Of a stretch of DNA of 41,920 nt, positions 8,918-17,171 are shown in pieces. A program made the position numbers and the translations under genes. This DNA is from an archaeon (GTDB lineage Archaea > Nanobdellota > Nanobdellia > Pacearchaeales > GW2011-AR1): positions 1 to 41,920 of the forward strand of contig JBDKJQ010000063.1 in the NCBI GenBank assembly GCA_039796495.1, read 5' to 3'. The first letter of the stretch is position 1; each line of letters begins with the position of its first letter. The notes beneath the pieces were generated by a model. The model searched no databases and was not told the DNA's origin. It saw only the letters and a list, made by a program, of their open reading frames with translations.

Positions 8918-9349
8918 TTAACTCTTGTCTTGCTTCGGGTTAATACGAGGCATAAAATTTTGCAGGTGCAGAGGGAGAGAAAGTTCGTCCTCCAAATACA
9001 ACGCCTTGATATTACATTTATTCATAATAAAATTGAATAAAGATATTCTTGCAGCTTCAGGTATTTTTTTATCCTTCCACGAATCTAAGAATTGTTTCAG
9101 TTCTTCTTTTTCCGGCAGGACAATGAGAATTCCTTCAAATTCAAGTTTTGCGTATCCTTCGGAATAAACTATAGAAAGGTTGAATTTTATTTTTAATACT
9201 TCTGAATCTGAAATAGGAATTTTTTCTTTTTTTACATCTTTTATATTGATATTCTGATTTATGTTAATGTTGGTAGGGGAATTTTCCTCTCTTTCTATGA
9301 CTATTTTCGTAAAATTAAACCCAATGATTTTCATAGAGAGAATTGTCAT
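8918..9349 (-). CDS. hypothetical protein; possible SecB-like fold (weak)
   Basis: 143 aa. The strand/helix pattern and the C-terminal 'LFNFIMNKCNIKALYLEDELSLPLHLQNFMP' loosely parallel SecB 'LFPYARE.I......FPQLNLAPVNF'. By-eye similarity only. Confidence 0.45.
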   Translation of the reverse strand: MTILSMKIIGFNFTKIVIEREENSPTNININQNINIKDVKKEKIPISDSEVLKIKFNLSIVYSEGYAKLEFEGILIVLPEKEELKQFLDSWKDKKIPEAARISLFNFIMNKCNIKALYLEDELSLPLHLQNFMPRINPKQDKS

Positions 9350-9371
9350 TAAAGCTTTTTAAAGATTTATA

Positions 9372-9860
9372 TTATTTTAAAGAAGGGTATTTGTTTTGTA
9401 TACAGATCTTACAGGGGGTAAACTGCTTTTTGGTAAAATAGTCCTTCAGATTGTTTCCTACTCTATATTCTTTCTTTATGAGTCTTGACAGACGGCAGCT
9501 TGCTTTATGATATATTTTTGATTTAATTGAGCCGTAGTAGTCGTATCTCTCTTCTTTCGGGCTGGTTATATAGATTTTTTTTTCAACTTCGTAAGGCACC
9601 TGTTGGTAAATTGTTCGTGTGGGGTATTTAATTTCTTTTAATTTTTTTGGTTCTAGAAGAAAAAATAAAATGATTGCATATAGAACGATGATTCCTATAA
9701 ATAGAATAAGCATTTGATTAAGTGTTAATGATGCGTATATAAGTGTAAAAAGAAATAGGCCAATCATTATTATCCCGATGCTAAAGGCAGCAAGTAAATT
9801 ATTAAAATTCCAAATATCCTTTTCGATGACTAACGGCGTTTGAAGATCCTCTTTTGGCAT
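9372..9860 (-). CDS. membrane protein with C-terminal Ada-like metal-binding (H/C...C..C) domain
   Basis: 162 aa with two hydrophobic spans. C-terminal 'GSIKSKIYHKASCRLSRLIKKEYRVGNNLKDYFTKKQFTPCKIC' matches the 'YH..C....PCK.C' pattern of Ada-N-like zinc modules. Confidence 0.6.
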   Translation of the reverse strand: MPKEDLQTPLVIEKDIWNFNNLLAAFSIGIIMIGLFLFTLIYASLTLNQMLILFIGIIVLYAIILFFLLEPKKLKEIKYPTRTIYQQVPYEVEKKIYITSPKEERYDYYGSIKSKIYHKASCRLSRLIKKEYRVGNNLKDYFTKKQFTPCKICIQNKYPSLK

Positions 9861-9940
9861 AAATTATAAATAATCATTCATTTAAATATTTTCTTTATTA
9901 ATAGTTTTTAAATTTTAAATTAAACTAGAATTAAATATAC

Positions 9941-10201
9941 TTATAGCAAGTCTTCTTCAGAGATAACCACAAAATCTCCAATAGCGATAATAGAATTATA
10001 AGGTATAAGTACTTCTCCTTTTTTAGAGAATTCAAGATTAAGATGAGTACAATAAGGTGTTGCGTCTTTAATCACAATATGAATTAATTCACCAGTTCTT
10101 GTTTCAAAAGTTATGTCTTTAACAATGCCTAATTTTTTTCCTTCTTTTGTAACAACCGATTTATTAAGTATCTCTTTATGAGGTCTTTTGTCAATAGCCA
10201 T
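9941..10201 (-). CDS. small PRC-barrel protein (CdpB-like size and pattern)
   Basis: 86 aa. 'VVTKEGKKLGIVKDITFETRTGELIHIV....LIPYNSIIAIGDFVVI' is the PRC-barrel pattern. Confidence 0.7.
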   Translation of the reverse strand: MAIDKRPHKEILNKSVVTKEGKKLGIVKDITFETRTGELIHIVIKDATPYCTHLNLEFSKKGEVLIPYNSIIAIGDFVVISEEDLL

Positions 10202-10300
10202 ACATGTATATAGATAATTGATTTATAAAGTTTTTTATAGTATTATGTTAGAAATTTCATAATCTACTTTCGATACTTTAATTAGTTAAGTGAATAATCA

Positions 10301-10326
10301 GGGGTCCCCCTGTTTTCTTATGGAAG
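10301..10326 (-). repeat. ORB-like element a
   Basis: The minus strand reads 'CTTCCA taa GAAAA ca GGGGG acccc', i.e. the TTCCA-N3-GAAA-N2-G-string layout of archaeal origin recognition boxes. Confidence 0.4.
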
Positions 10327-10485
10327 CATTTATAAGTAGATAATGTAAATTTTATTTTTAAATTTCATTTAAAAGCTTTATTATTATATATTATATATAT
10401 TATAGAATATATGTCTCATCACTCTACACTGAGCACATCATTTCTTTTTTTTTACTTTTGAAAAATTATTATACTATTTTTACTA

Positions 10486-10506
10486 TTTCTACGAGAAATA
10501 GAGGTG
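10486..10506 (+). repeat. ORB-like element b, inverted relative to a
   Basis: 'TTTCTA cga GAAA ta GAGGTG' on the plus strand, on the other side of the AT-rich core. Confidence 0.4.
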
Positions 10507-10577
10507 TCCCTCCTCATTTATCTATTCTTTTTTATAGAAATCATTTTCTTGTCGATATTTCTTCTTATTTTTGATTT

Positions 10578-10598
10578 ATCCATGAGAAATTCTGGCTG
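10578..10598 (+). repeat. ORB-like element c (weaker)
   Basis: 'ATCCA tga GAAA ttct GGCTG'. Same layout with a degenerate G-string. Confidence 0.3.
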
Positions 10599-10676
10599 TC
10601 ACTTATAAGAGAAAAACTATATTTAAATAGTCATAGCATTATTTATAGATTTGTATTAAAATTTCAAAAGGAGGTA

Positions 10677-11894
10677 ATGGTGCATCTAGATAAAATTTTT
10701 GATTCTGTAAGTGAAAGAAGTTTATTCAAAAATAAACAAATCTTACAATCAAATTACACACCTGAAACAATTCCTCATCGTGACGAACAGATTGAGACTG
10801 TTGCTTCTATCCTTGCACCAGCTCTTTTAGGACAGAAAACAAGCAATTTATTTATTTACGGAAAAACAGGAAGTGGAAAAACTCTTAGTGTGCAGCATGT
10901 TGCCAATGAACTCTCAAAACGTGCCTATGAAAAAAATAGTTTGCGGATAGAATATTTAAATTGTAAGCTTAAAAAAATAGCAGACACTGAGTATAGGATC
11001 TTGGCAGAGCTCATAAAAAAACTAGGGGGAGTTGTTCCTGCGACAGGACTTCCTACTGACCAAGTATATCTAAAGTTTCTTGATATACTTGAAAATTCCC
11101 AAGAAAAATTATTAATCCTTATTTTAGACGAGATCGATCAAGCAGTTAAAAAAATTAACGACGAATTCCTTTATAATTTAACACGATTAAATTCTGAACT
11201 CAATAAGATACAAATCATTATCGTCGGCATCAGTAATGATTTGCGGTTTCTTGATATGATTGACCAGCGCGTTCGTAGCTCCTTAAGTGAAGAAGAGATT
11301 GTTTTTCCTCCGTATAATGCTCTTCAACTGCAAGACATACTACGAAAAAGAGCAGACGATGCTTTCAAAAAAGGCGTAGTCAATGAAGGTGTAATTGCAA
11401 AATGTGCGGCGTATGCTGCTCGAGAACATGGTGATGCGCGAAGGGCACTTGATTTACTTCGTGTCGCTGGGGAACTGGCTGAAAGGAATTCTCATGAGTA
11501 TATCAAAATAGAGCACATTGATATGGCCAACGATAAAATAGAACGAGATAAGATCTTAGATGTTATAGAGACTGGAACAAAACAGTTTCAGATGATTTTA
11601 TTCTCGATTATGGAGCTCACTGAGAGATCTAAGTCCCCTAAAAAGGCGCATACTAGTGTGTACACTGGAGATATTTTTGATTTTTATGAACAATTATGCA
11701 ACAAAAATGGGCTTGACTGTTTAACTCACCGACGGGTAAGCGATATCATCGCCGAATTAGATATGCTTGGGTTGATTAATGCGCGCGTTATCAGTAAAGG
11801 AAGACACGGGAGGATGAGAGAAATAAAATTAGTTATTCCAAGTAGTATAAAGTACAAAGCACGAGAAATCTTAATAGGAGGTCTTGGCATATAA
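10677..11894 (+). CDS. cdc6: Orc1/Cdc6 replication initiator (AAA+ plus winged helix)
   Basis: 405 aa. Walker A 'YGKTGSGKT', Walker B 'ILILDEID', sensor-2 'HGDARRALDLLRVA', C-terminal wHTH 'RRVSDIIAELDMLGLI'. Confidence 0.92.
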   Translation: MVHLDKIFDSVSERSLFKNKQILQSNYTPETIPHRDEQIETVASILAPALLGQKTSNLFIYGKTGSGKTLSVQHVANELSKRAYEKNSLRIEYLNCKLKKIADTEYRILAELIKKLGGVVPATGLPTDQVYLKFLDILENSQEKLLILILDEIDQAVKKINDEFLYNLTRLNSELNKIQIIIVGISNDLRFLDMIDQRVRSSLSEEEIVFPPYNALQLQDILRKRADDAFKKGVVNEGVIAKCAAYAAREHGDARRALDLLRVAGELAERNSHEYIKIEHIDMANDKIERDKILDVIETGTKQFQMILFSIMELTERSKSPKKAHTSVYTGDIFDFYEQLCNKNGLDCLTHRRVSDIIAELDMLGLINARVISKGRHGRMREIKLVIPSSIKYKAREILIGGLGI

Positions 11895-11929
11895 TTTATT
11901 TAACAATCCCATTTTCCAAGAGCTTCATC

Positions 11930-13540
11930 ATGACTCATAATATCCTTAGATTATTCATCGAAAAAGGATTTCTTCTAGACAAAGGGATATTGGACTTTTT
12001 GGAAGAGCTCGATAACGAAACTGTTGCGCGAGAAATACTTGATAAAATTGCAGTTGTCTCGCGGAAAAAATTAATAACCAAACATTTAATCAATGAAAAT
12101 ATCGAAAAAATAAAACCTCTTTTGTTTGAACTTGATAGTGAAAAAAAGAAATTAGTTGACAAATATTTTGTTAATGTTCATATCTCGGTTGAGGTAAAAA
12201 AAGAAAGCACTATAGAGTTAGCGTCTCACAATTCTTCTGAGAATTCCAAATTTCCCCCTGTTACTGTCCTTTCATCACCTTCTTTCATCACTAAGAAAAT
12301 TGAGGTAAAAGATTTTATAAAATATTTTAGGAGTCGCTATCTGCTTCTTAGAAAAATTTTGCAGGAACGTGGGGATATTACCAACCTTATCTCCATCGAT
12401 AAAATTGCTGGCAACAGAGATTTTTCTATCATTGGGATGGTTTTGAATAAACAGGTAACTAAAAATAAAAATATTCTATTGGAAGTAGAAGATTTTACTG
12501 GAAAAGCTACTTTGCTGATAAATCAAAATAAAGAAGAAGTATATAAGAAAAGCAAAGAAATTTTGTGCGATGATATCATTGGATTTAAATGCAATGGCAC
12601 CAGAGATTTTTTATTTGTCAATGATCTTTATTATCCTGATTGTTTTCTTACCGAGAAAAAACACACGAATGAAGAACTGTATGCTTTGTTTATCTCAGAC
12701 GTCCACGTTGGTAGCAATAAATTTTTAGAAAACAATTTTACTGCTTTTATTGATTGGTTGCGAGGAGTAAATGCGGATGAGAAACAAAAAGAAATGTTAG
12801 AAAAGATACGGTATCTTTTTGTAGTCGGAGACACGGTTGATGGTGTTGGGGTCTATCCCGGTCAGGAGAAGGAACTTAAGATAAAAGACATACGAAAACA
12901 ATATGAATTGCTTGCTGATTTCTACAAAAAAATTCCTGAGCGAATTTTAATAATTCAGTGCGCAGGACAACACGATGCTGTTCGCGTCGCAGAACCGCAG
13001 CCACCAGTAGGTATAGATTTTGCTGAACCTCTTCATACCCTTCCCAATGTACGGGTAGTAAGCAATCCCAGTCTTATTGAGATTGAATCAGGAAATTGTT
13101 CTCTTAATGGCAGAAGAGTAGCTGATGGTATAAAAGTTCTGATGTATCATGGTGCTAGCATGCACAGCGTTATTAATGAGATTGAAGAGCTGCGTTTAAG
13201 TAATGCCCACTCAACTCCCGCAAAAGTTGTTAAACATCTTCTTTTACGAAGGCATTTAGCACCCACTCATGGTCTTGTCACCTACATTCCTGATTCGTAT
13301 GAAGATCCGTTGGTGATAAAGGAAATTCCGGATATTGTAACGACGGGAGATCTTCACAGAACTGATATCGATAGTTATAACAACGTATTGATTATCAGTA
13401 ATTCCTGTTGGCAGTCTATAACCGCTTTTGAAGAAAAAGTAGGAAATAACCCTGATCCCTGTAAGGTTCCCATACTTAATCTAAAAACACGTGCTATAAA
13501 AATTCTGGATTTCAGCGACGAGGTGGTTGAATATGGATAA
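11930..13540 (+). CDS. dp1: DNA polymerase II (PolD) small subunit DP1, calcineurin-like phosphoesterase
   Basis: 536 aa. OB-fold region followed by phosphoesterase motifs 'FISDVHVGS', 'VVGDTVDGVG', 'AGQHDA', 'MYHGAS'. Confidence 0.92.
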   Translation: MTHNILRLFIEKGFLLDKGILDFLEELDNETVAREILDKIAVVSRKKLITKHLINENIEKIKPLLFELDSEKKKLVDKYFVNVHISVEVKKESTIELASHNSSENSKFPPVTVLSSPSFITKKIEVKDFIKYFRSRYLLLRKILQERGDITNLISIDKIAGNRDFSIIGMVLNKQVTKNKNILLEVEDFTGKATLLINQNKEEVYKKSKEILCDDIIGFKCNGTRDFLFVNDLYYPDCFLTEKKHTNEELYALFISDVHVGSNKFLENNFTAFIDWLRGVNADEKQKEMLEKIRYLFVVGDTVDGVGVYPGQEKELKIKDIRKQYELLADFYKKIPERILIIQCAGQHDAVRVAEPQPPVGIDFAEPLHTLPNVRVVSNPSLIEIESGNCSLNGRRVADGIKVLMYHGASMHSVINEIEELRLSNAHSTPAKVVKHLLLRRHLAPTHGLVTYIPDSYEDPLVIKEIPDIVTTGDLHRTDIDSYNNVLIISNSCWQSITAFEEKVGNNPDPCKVPILNLKTRAIKILDFSDEVVEYG

Positions 13541-13635
13541 TAAACATGCGGTTGCCGTTACGGGTATTATCTTACAGAGCGGAAAATATCTTATAACAAA
13601 AAGAAGTTTGAATAGGATAAATCGAAAAGAGAACG

Positions 13636-13641
13636 GAGGTA
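13636..13641 (+). promoter_or_regulatory. Shine-Dalgarno-like GGAGGT for DP2
   Basis: 'ggaggt' lies 6 nt upstream of the ATG at 13648. This argues for that ATG rather than the TTG at 13642 used by the ORF track. Confidence 0.4.
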
Positions 13642-13647
13642 TTGATT

Positions 13648-16600
13648 ATGTCAAGCAGCTTAAGTCCTGAATCAGAAAGTTATTTTTCAACATTGCAAAA
13701 AGAGATTGAAAGAACGTATGCTATTGCAGAACAAGCGCGAGCGAAAGGATTAGATCCTGTGGATCGAGTTGAAGCGCCTCTTGCGTTAAGTATGGCTGCA
13801 AAAGTTGTCCGACTCATTGCAACAAAGTATCCACAGTTAGATAAGGAGGAAATTATTGATCGCATATTGGAATTGGAACGACAGTATGGCAGCCTGGATA
13901 ATTCAGTTAGTTTTACCATCGCTGAAGAAGTTGCACGGGAGAAATATTGTTCTTTTGAAACACAGTTAGAAGCGATCGACGCGGGTATTCGAGTAGGATT
14001 TGCGTATACTACGTTAGGTGTTGTCAGTTCACCGATTGAAGGATATACTGAAGTCAAAATAGGAAAAACAAAAACCGGAGAATCTTATCTTAGCGCATAT
14101 TTTTCTGGGCCTATTAGAAGCGCCGGAACAACTGCAAGTTGCGTTGTATTAATGCTTATTGATTATTTGCGACAACGATTTGGGTATGCGCGCTACGACC
14201 CCACCGAAGAAGAATGCAAGCGTACAGTCATAGAGCTATATGATTATCATGAAAGAATTACTAACCTGCAGTATTTACCGACGGAGGAGGAAGCTTATTT
14301 TGTTGCTAAGCATCTGCCGATTCAGGTGAATGGGGATCCTACTGAAACTCGAGAGGTAAGCAATTACAAAGATCTCTCCCGTATTGAGACCAATTTTATC
14401 CGCGGAGGATTTTGTTTAATTTTAGGAGAAGGGTTAACACAAAAAGCAGCAAAAGGATTACGAATATTAAAGGGATTACAAAAAAATGGATTTGTCATTC
14501 ATGATTGGGAGTGGTTGGAAGAATACGTTGCGCTGCATGAAAAGCGAGAAAAGGGTAAAACCGATTCAAGTCCGACGTATATCAAGGATTTGGTTGCAGG
14601 TCGGCCCGTGTTTGGACATCCTGGAAAAGGATTTCGCTTTCGTTATGGAAGAAGCAGAGTCTCCGGATTTTCAGGGGTAAGCGTCCACCCTGCAACTATG
14701 GGAATAACTAATGACTTTATCGCAACAGGAACTCAATTAAAAGTTGAAAAACCGACAAAAGGATGTGTGGTTACATTAGCCGACGATATTGAAGGACCAA
14801 TTGTAAAATTTAAAAACGGGGCGGTCAAAAAGATACTGAGTTATGAAGAAGCAAAAACTGTCTACGATCAAATTGAAGAAATTATTTACTTGGGAGACAT
14901 ATTATTTCCTCTGGGAGATGTTATCAATCGAAATTCTCTTTTGATTAGATCCGGATATGTCCAGGAATGGTGGGTTCTTGAGCTTGAAAAAAAAGGAGGA
15001 ACTGTTACGAATTGTTTTTCTGTTTCGCTTGACGAGGCGGTTGGATTAAGCCAGCAATGGGATGTTCCCCTTCACCCTGCTTATATTTTTTACTGGACGC
15101 AATTAACGTATGAACAGTTTTTAGGATTTATTGATTGGATGCAGCATGCACAATTATCGGATGGGAAATTGTTACTCCCTTACACCAGCAGCGATCGTGA
15201 GCGATTTGTCATCGGAAAGCGAGCGCTTGAATTGGTGGGCATTGAACATACTATCGGCATTGAGCATGTGATTATTGAAAAAGAAATTGCTGCAGCGCTG
15301 TGTATTAATCTTGGCATTAACCCCCAAATAAATGAAATCAACTTTAATTACCTATTTGAAAAATTAGACGCTATCGATGAAAAAAAGACAGGAGAAAGAA
15401 TACTTGAGATCGTCAATGAGCTTTCTTCCTTTGTCATAAAGGATAAGGCAGGAGAATTTATAGGGACACGTATGGGAAGGCCTGAAAAAGCAAAATTGAG
15501 AAAATTAATTGGAAGTCCTCACGTTTTATTTCCTGTGGGAGAGGAAGGAGGAAGATTACGAAGTGTTAATGAAGCTGCTTTAGGAGGAAGCGTGCGTGGA
15601 GATTTTCCATTTTACTATTGTTCGGTATGTCGCAGGGAAACTATATATCGGACATGCGAGTCGTGTGCCCATAAAACAGAAAAAAAATATTTTTGTAGAT
15701 TATGTGATAAAGAGATTGTTGAGGCCTGCAGTATTCACGCTGTCAAACAATCGTTTAAAAAAAATCAGATTGATATACAGCACTATTTGGAGAAAGCGCG
15801 TGAAAGATTACATATGCTCAGAACCGATGTACCTTCTCTTATTAAGGGCGTTCGCGGAACAAGTTCTGAAGATCATGATCTTGAACCGTTAGTCAAAGGC
15901 ATCCTACGCGCAAAGTATGGATTATGCGTCAATAAAGACGGAACAATCCGTTATGATATGACTGAACTGCCCATCACTCATTTTAGACCTTGCGAAATTG
16001 GTGCAAGCATCTCGCAATTACGCGTGCTTGGTTATTCGACTGATTGTTATGGTCATGTCATGGAGCATGACGACCAGCTTTTGGAATTAAAGCCTCACGA
16101 TGTTATTCTTCCCTGTAATACTCTTTCCGGAGATGAACGTGCTGACGATCTTTTCATTAATATATCACGATTTATCGACGAACTTTTAGTGCATTTTTAC
16201 GCTATGGACTCTTTTTTTAATATAAAAAATCGAGAAGACATCATTGGGCAATTGGGCGTGTGTATGGCTCCTCATAATTGTGCAGGAGTTATCTGCAGGA
16301 TTATTGGTTTCTCGAAAGTTCAGGGGTTATTAGCCAGCCCGTACATGCACGCTGCAATGAGAAGAGACTGCGATGGTGATGAGGCGGCGGTCATGCTATT
16401 AATGGATGTCCTCCTTAATTTTTCACGTAAGTTTCTTCCCTCTCACCGTGGGGGAACGCAAGATGCTCCTTTAGTTCTCAATGGAAAAATTAATGCGCGA
16501 GAAGTTGACGACCAAATTTTGGATTTTGAATTAGTAAATCATTATCCCCTAGAATTGTATGAAAAAGCTGAAAAGAAAGTTCACTCAGGAGAGGTCAGTA

Positions 16601-17118
16601 TAGACATGGTTAAACAACGACTGAAAAAAGGAGAAGACCCGTTTGTTCGTATAGGATTCACTCATCACACCAATGATATCAATGGTGGCGCTGTCTGCAG
16701 CTCCTATAAGACTTTGCCTACCATGAAAGAAAAAGTTTTCGGACAAATGAAATTATGCGAGAAGCTAAGAAGTGTTGATCAAGGAGATGTTGCACGGCTG
16801 ATTATTGATAGGCATTTTATGAGAGATCTCAAAGGTAACTTGCGAAAATTTTCCCAACAAAATTTTAGGTGCAGTACATGTAATACTAGCTATCGGAGAG
16901 TGCCTTTAAGCGGAAAATGCACCCGATGTAATGGGAAATTAATTTTTACTATTTCCTATGGAAGCATCATCAAATATCTCGAGCCTGCTTTGGATTTAAT
17001 AAAAAATTATTCTGTTCCCAGCTACATCAAACAAGACCTGGAATTAACAAAAAAATATATTGAAAGCGTCTTTGGAAGGGAAACTGAAAAGCAAGAAAGT
17101 ATTGAACGTTGGTTTTGA
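13648..17118 (+). CDS. dp2: DNA polymerase II (PolD) large catalytic subunit DP2
   Basis: ~1156 aa. Central Cys clusters 'CSVCRRETIYRTCESCAHK..CRLCDKE', catalytic acidic motif 'RRDCDGDEAAVMLLMD', C-terminal zinc finger 'FRCSTCNTSYRRVPLSGKCTRCNGKL'. No intein-sized insertion. Confidence 0.95.
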   Translation: MSSSLSPESESYFSTLQKEIERTYAIAEQARAKGLDPVDRVEAPLALSMAAKVVRLIATKYPQLDKEEIIDRILELERQYGSLDNSVSFTIAEEVAREKYCSFETQLEAIDAGIRVGFAYTTLGVVSSPIEGYTEVKIGKTKTGESYLSAYFSGPIRSAGTTASCVVLMLIDYLRQRFGYARYDPTEEECKRTVIELYDYHERITNLQYLPTEEEAYFVAKHLPIQVNGDPTETREVSNYKDLSRIETNFIRGGFCLILGEGLTQKAAKGLRILKGLQKNGFVIHDWEWLEEYVALHEKREKGKTDSSPTYIKDLVAGRPVFGHPGKGFRFRYGRSRVSGFSGVSVHPATMGITNDFIATGTQLKVEKPTKGCVVTLADDIEGPIVKFKNGAVKKILSYEEAKTVYDQIEEIIYLGDILFPLGDVINRNSLLIRSGYVQEWWVLELEKKGGTVTNCFSVSLDEAVGLSQQWDVPLHPAYIFYWTQLTYEQFLGFIDWMQHAQLSDGKLLLPYTSSDRERFVIGKRALELVGIEHTIGIEHVIIEKEIAAALCINLGINPQINEINFNYLFEKLDAIDEKKTGERILEIVNELSSFVIKDKAGEFIGTRMGRPEKAKLRKLIGSPHVLFPVGEEGGRLRSVNEAALGGSVRGDFPFYYCSVCRRETIYRTCESCAHKTEKKYFCRLCDKEIVEACSIHAVKQSFKKNQIDIQHYLEKARERLHMLRTDVPSLIKGVRGTSSEDHDLEPLVKGILRAKYGLCVNKDGTIRYDMTELPITHFRPCEIGASISQLRVLGYSTDCYGHVMEHDDQLLELKPHDVILPCNTLSGDERADDLFINISRFIDELLVHFYAMDSFFNIKNREDIIGQLGVCMAPHNCAGVICRIIGFSKVQGLLASPYMHAAMRRDCDGDEAAVMLLMDVLLNFSRKFLPSHRGGTQDAPLVLNGKINAREVDDQILDFELVNHYPLELYEKAEKKVHSGEVSIDMVKQRLKKGEDPFVRIGFTHHTNDINGGAVCSSYKTLPTMKEKVFGQMKLCEKLRSVDQGDVARLIIDRHFMRDLKGNLRKFSQQNFRCSTCNTSYRRVPLSGKCTRCNGKLIFTISYGSIIKYLEPALDLIKNYSVPSYIKQDLELTKKYIESVFGRETEKQESIERWF

Positions 17119-17140
17119 ACTATATTTTCAAGCATACGAT

Positions 17141-17150
17141 TATTTAAAAA
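17141..17150 (+). promoter_or_regulatory. TATA-box-like element
   Basis: 'tatttaaaaa' centred ~27 nt upstream of the ATG at 17172. Confidence 0.4.
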
Positions 17151-17171
17151 ATAGTTTTTGTTATTTTTTTT

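Larger units (their letters stand above)
10290..10600. other. candidate chromosomal replication origin (oriC): AT-rich unwinding region flanked by ORB-like elements
   Basis: 475-nt non-coding gap immediately upstream of orc1/cdc6. It contains an extremely AT-rich core (10327-10485, including 'ttattatatattatatatattatagaatatat') bracketed by inverted G-string-containing elements. Gene orientation flips here: minus strand to the left, plus strand to the right. Confidence 0.55.

Noticed and set aside
10380-10415. 'ttattatatattatatatattatagaatatat' repeat-like AT tract considered as a CRISPR-like or microsatellite repeat
   Set aside because: A simple AT-rich tract without a spacer/repeat periodicity. 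Better explained as the unwinding element of the candidate origin.
10670-10675. 'ggaggt' upstream of cdc6 as a Shine-Dalgarno site
   Set aside because: It ends only 1 nt before the ATG at 10677, too close for canonical SD function. It might instead serve the in-frame GTG at 10680, but I cannot decide, so it is not annotated.
13545-13650. Reading frame in the DP1-DP2 spacer translating to 'KHAVAVTGIILQSGKYLITKRSLNRINRKENGG', which resembles the N-terminus of a Nudix hydrolase up to the start of the Nudix box
   Set aside because: Only ~30 codons, no start codon, and it runs straight into the DP2 start. A by-eye match of this length cannot be distinguished from chance, and the Nudix box itself is absent. 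At most a fossil; not reportable as a feature.
13680-14057. 125-aa antisense ORF inside DP2. Similar antisense or out-of-frame ORFs lie at 829..1029, 1995..2192, 4136..4324, 8469..8651, 8925..9167, 11935..12162, 12631..12834, 14486..14680, 15596..15892, 17581..17772, 18312..18497, 19104..19634, 19830..20048, 20901..21234, 24117..24702, 25140..25340, 27057..27488, 27687..27878, 28149..28568, 28631..28864, 30479..31781, 33378..33584, 33847..34185, 35296..35586, 35787..35999, 36279..36530, 37390..38873
   Set aside because: All lie fully within, and out of frame with or antisense to, ORFs that carry strong family motifs. Their compositions (Ser/Arg/Cys/Phe-rich) are typical of shadow ORFs.
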